Assembly: GCA_950097015.1 (NCBI GenBank)
Contig: CATNEN010000013.1
Coordinates: 124,001-188,000, forward strand
Length of the DNA stretch: 64,000 nt
Source: Macrostomum hystrix
Lineage: Eukaryota; Animalia; Platyhelminthes
Reading direction: 5' to 3'
The translations under genes and the position numbers were made by a program. This document shows, in pieces, positions 60,491 to 64,000 of this stretch (positions are counted from its first letter, which is position 1; every line of letters begins with the position of its first letter). The notes beneath the pieces are model-generated. The model was given only the letters and a program-made list of their open reading frames with translations. It did not search any database and had not been told where the DNA came from.

Positions 60491-61629
60491 CGTTGAGATA
60501 TTCGGCGATTGGCGAATCCATATCGGTTCAAAGTTTATAAATTAACAATATAATCAATACAATATAGTCAACAATAGTAGCCAACATGATTACAGGATAA
60601 AATTTTGTGAACAGAAAGTTTTTGTCTATTTTTGTCGACGATGCCGATGTTTTGTGATTCTGGAAGTTGTTTCATCGGATAGAGCAGAAAATTTATGACC
60701 GTTTTCTGGACTCTCGTGGTGATTGGTTGAATATTTTGAGAGATACAAAAAACGAGGGTATTTCTTTTCTAAGAAACTGTCTTTCTACTTGTAAAGTAGT
60801 GTGGGCGTGGAGCAGGAAATGCTCTTTTTTGAAACGCACTAACTGCAGCCACTGGGTCACAGCTACATTTTGCAGACATTTAAGGCTGAGAAGCTTTGTT
60901 AATCAGAGTTGTGTGGCGTTGAACTCGATGAGCACAGGAGGTACAGTCTAGGTCTGTCCACCGGAACTAGAGAACAATACTTTATAAAGCATGCAGTGAG
61001 CGACTGCACAGCTATTTGCCTCTCATTTACTGGTCTCCCCTGAAGGACGTACTGCTGAAGATCTAATTGTATGGAGCTGCAGTTTGATTAAAAATCTTTA
61101 GACATTCATTTTACACAGAATTTATGGTTCTTTTATGGCAGATATAAGCAATAATGTTCTACATTTATTCTCTGAATGAATTGGATCAAGATAAAGAGAA
61201 TTATACAATCGAATAATTTCATCAATTTATGGGGTTTTTTTCGTTGCATAGCGCTTCTGTTAAGATTCATACCTTTTTATATTTCGACCGCTCCAACCCA
61301 AAACACGAAAAAACGGCATGTTGGTGAGTTCTCATTCCGCACCAAATCCATACCTAATAGCAGTCTAGATTTTCACAGGTATTCAATTCGTTTGAATTGG
61401 AAATTCCAAATTAGGACGGATAGATAAGATGCAGACGGAGGGAAGACAGTGAAAAAGCGTTGCCCAAATCCCATTAACAGTGGGAAGGTGAGGTAAGGTG
61501 AGCTGTTTTTGCCTGTAACTGTTAATATGAGTCTCGGTGTCGGGTTTCTCAGTGCACTTAGGTGCTGGTCATATCGATCTGGTGGGACAGAAGAGATGTG
61601 AAGCAGTCATGCACTTACTCCGTTGATAC

Positions 61630-61856
61630 CGTACGCAGGAACGCACTCACACAGGTGAGTACACCGGCAATGATTTACTCATCGTCAGGCAGCGTACACT
61701 CTCACTGAGCTTTGGAGTTCTCAAGAGCGTAAATTACGTGACAAACCCAACTTTCTATCCGCGGCTGCACCCAAAATTAGTGCCTCGCCACGGAATCGAG
61801 CTCATGGACTTTGGTGCTAAAGGCAAACGTATTCATTATTCCACCACTCTCTTCCC
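61630..61856 (-). mobile_element. SINE family A copy
   Basis: CTCATCGTCAGGCAGCGTACACTCTCAC core and GGAATCGAGC B-box complement. Confidence 0.78.
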
Positions 61857-61904
61857 ATAAAATATCGGCAAAATTACGGATGAAGTAGATCTACACATTG
61901 TAGA

Positions 61905-62035
61905 TGTGTAGCGTCCCCCCCAGTCCATAGACTAAAACTTCTACGCAGCATTCAGATGCGCCGCGCAAGAGCTACCACTGTGCTGTCGGCAGCACATCTG
62001 GCCCAATTATAGGTGCAATCAATTATTATTATTTG
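61905..62035 (+). mobile_element. SINE family B 3' fragment
   Basis: GCGTCCCCCCAGTCCATAGACT...GCACATCTGGCCCAATT plus an (ATT)n tail, shared with the 40781 copy. Confidence 0.7.
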
Positions 62036-63084
62036 CTTACTAACTGCTTATTACTTATTGTGTTGGTATAATGCCAGCTCTGCGAAAGAAATCATGTAAG
62101 GTTGTCGAAAACAATTGTATTACAGCTTGAAATTTTTATATTTCAAGCACATAATTATTATATTTCTTTGTATATGAGCCGCGTCATTTGCAAAGCTCTG
62201 TCTCTAATTGAAAAATAGCTGCATGCCCTCGACGCTGTGCCCAGGTGAAACAATTCACGCGGTAGACGCATGTCTCGACGTGCCATTGCGTCACCTTCAT
62301 GCGACACACGCTCTTGAGATAAGAAATCAAATCGGTAGCAGCCATGCTTCTGAAGCAAATCTAACGCGCCACTTTTATTTTATGAACGTTGCTGTATGAC
62401 CTTGAGGCTCGTAGTACGACGGTAATTGAGGGTGCTACTGCGTGACATGCGACATATCGAGGTTGATAAAACATGGCGACATGCAAGATTATGCCACGCG
62501 ACTGGGTGAGCGAATTACTTGTTTTGAATGAATGAAACTGTCCATTAAAAATGTTGTAAAACTCCAGAGACAAGCATTGTCCCCATTAGAAGAGTACAAA
62601 GAGAGCCTCAAATCGTAAAATAAGTCTAACGCAGCAGAAGAAATCGCTCTAATATGTAGGCCGCCAAGGGAAGCAAAACTACGCGCTTCCGAGTACGCGG
62701 GTCAACAGAAGACAGCGCTGGACACTACTGGCTGAGATTGCCAGCTGATAAGAGCGCCACAGATAAGGAGACACGCAATGAAGGGCTGCCTGAGTACGAG
62801 TAAGACACGTCAAAAACATCAGAACTTAACTCGAGAAATTCATAATACCCGCGTATATCTGTCTATTACTATCTAAGGATCATTGTTTGGTTCAGAGGCG
62901 CAGAACGCATTGGACTAGTCAATCCTCCAGCGATTAACCCAGCTTATTATACCTGACCGCTACTTGACATTCTGCTACGAGAGGCAACAGCAGGACTTGC
63001 ATATTCATTCAGCGGGAAGACGTCTGAAGCCAAACGAAATCAATACAACTGACTAAAAACGGATCGCAAAACTTTTCTACTAAC

Positions 63085-64000
63085 ATGCCTCGAGTAAAGC
63101 GATCGAGTAGGTTAGACCTGGAGGTTTCAAGCGAGAACGATTGGCGCATCAAGTCTCTGATCAGCAAGTTCATTCTCAGTGCTCATCAAATCGACGACCT
63201 AAAAATGAAGCTCAAAGAGGAGATTGAGAAGGGTCTCAGTGACGACCCCGAACTCAGAAAACAGAGTTCTCTTCAGATGGCCGTCACCTTCGTTCGTGGA
63301 GTTCTCAATGGATCTGAGCGAGGAAACTTTTTGGCTCTTGACCTCGGTGGAACAAACTTTCGCATTCTCGATGTATCGCTGAGAAACGGGGGCAAGTGTT
63401 TGAGTAGTTGTGAGAACTTTGCCATCCCAACTGAGAGGCTGAGGGGAACAGCCGCTGAGCTGTTTGAGTTCATCGCTGACAAGCTGGCCGAGTTCATTCA
63501 CAAGGAGCAACTGGACAAGTCAAACAAGAGGATCCCTCTCGGATTCACCTACTCATACCCGTTGGAGCTCACCTCACTCACTTCGGGAGTGATCGAGCGC
63601 TTGAACAAGTCTCTGAAAATCAGCGATGCCATTGGCAAGGATCCTGTGCAGCTGTTGCAGGAGGCGATCAACAAGCACTCACTCAACATTGACGTTCTGG
63701 CGATCCTGAACGACACGACTGGCACTCTCATGAGCGGGGCATTCATCGACGCCGCTTGTGGCATCGGCCTCATCATGGGAACTGGAAGCAACGTCTGCTA
63801 CATGGAGAGAATCTGCAGCATTCCGAAGTGGCAGTCTCTGACCGGACAGTCGCTGGACGACTGCCAAGAATTCGACTACGTCATCGTGAACACAGAGTGG
63901 GGCGCGTTCGGAGACAATGGTGTGATCGACTTTCTCAAGACTGAGTTCGATTTCCAACTCGACAAAGAGTCGCTGCATGCCGGCACGTACACATTTGAGA
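63085..64000 (+). CDS. HK: Hexokinase-family protein (divergent), 3'-truncated by the window end
   Basis: Open frame from the ATG at 63085 to the window end (absent from the ORF track because it has no stop): LALDLGGTNFRI, LGFTYSYP, NDTTGT, GLIMGTGSN, VNTEWGAFG. No intron in the visible ~305 codons. Confidence 0.93.
   Translation, partial: MPRVKRSSRLDLEVSSENDWRIKSLISKFILSAHQIDDLKMKLKEEIEKGLSDDPELRKQSSLQMAVTFVRGVLNGSERGNFLALDLGGTNFRILDVSLRNGGKCLSSCENFAIPTERLRGTAAELFEFIADKLAEFIHKEQLDKSNKRIPLGFTYSYPLELTSLTSGVIERLNKSLKISDAIGKDPVQLLQEAINKHSLNIDVLAILNDTTGTLMSGAFIDAACGIGLIMGTGSNVCYMERICSIPKWQSLTGQSLDDCQEFDYVIVNTEWGAFGDNGVIDFLKTEFDFQLDKESLHAGTYTFE

Overview
This is a eukaryotic (invertebrate metazoan) window with spliceosomal introns, SINEs and very dense minisatellites. 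The style is reminiscent of a free-living flatworm such as Macrostomum, but the taxon is an inference only. Host genes, reconstructed by hand from splice signals and reading frame: last exon of a rotund/lin-29/ZNF384-type C2H2 zinc-finger gene; a candidate secreted knottin-like cysteine peptide; a DHHC palmitoyltransferase (ZDHHC9/14/18 type, - strand) head-to-head with Rab6; two orphan ORFs; a sigma-like GST; a secreted/GPI-type Xaa-Pro aminopeptidase; an SRSF4/5/6-type SR protein; a small membrane-protein ORF; and a divergent hexokinase running off the right edge. Mobile DNA: one intact, very recent Mag-like Ty3/gypsy LTR retrotransposon (identical 312-bp LTRs, 5-bp TSD), two GG...CC TIR elements with 8-bp TSDs (one carrying a Merlin transposase C-terminus), fossil RNase H-type and CRE-type LINEs, a pogo-like fossil, two tRNA-derived SINE families and an unclassified dispersed repeat. 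The most striking signal is two minor-spliceosome (U12) introns in neighbouring genes, one AT-AC and one GT-AG. Both have unusually distal branch sites (33-36 nt), and each uses the first downstream dinucleotide matching its 5' end while skipping the other type. No prokaryotic features, CRISPR arrays or genuine tRNA/rRNA genes were seen. All alignments were done by eye; no database search was run.
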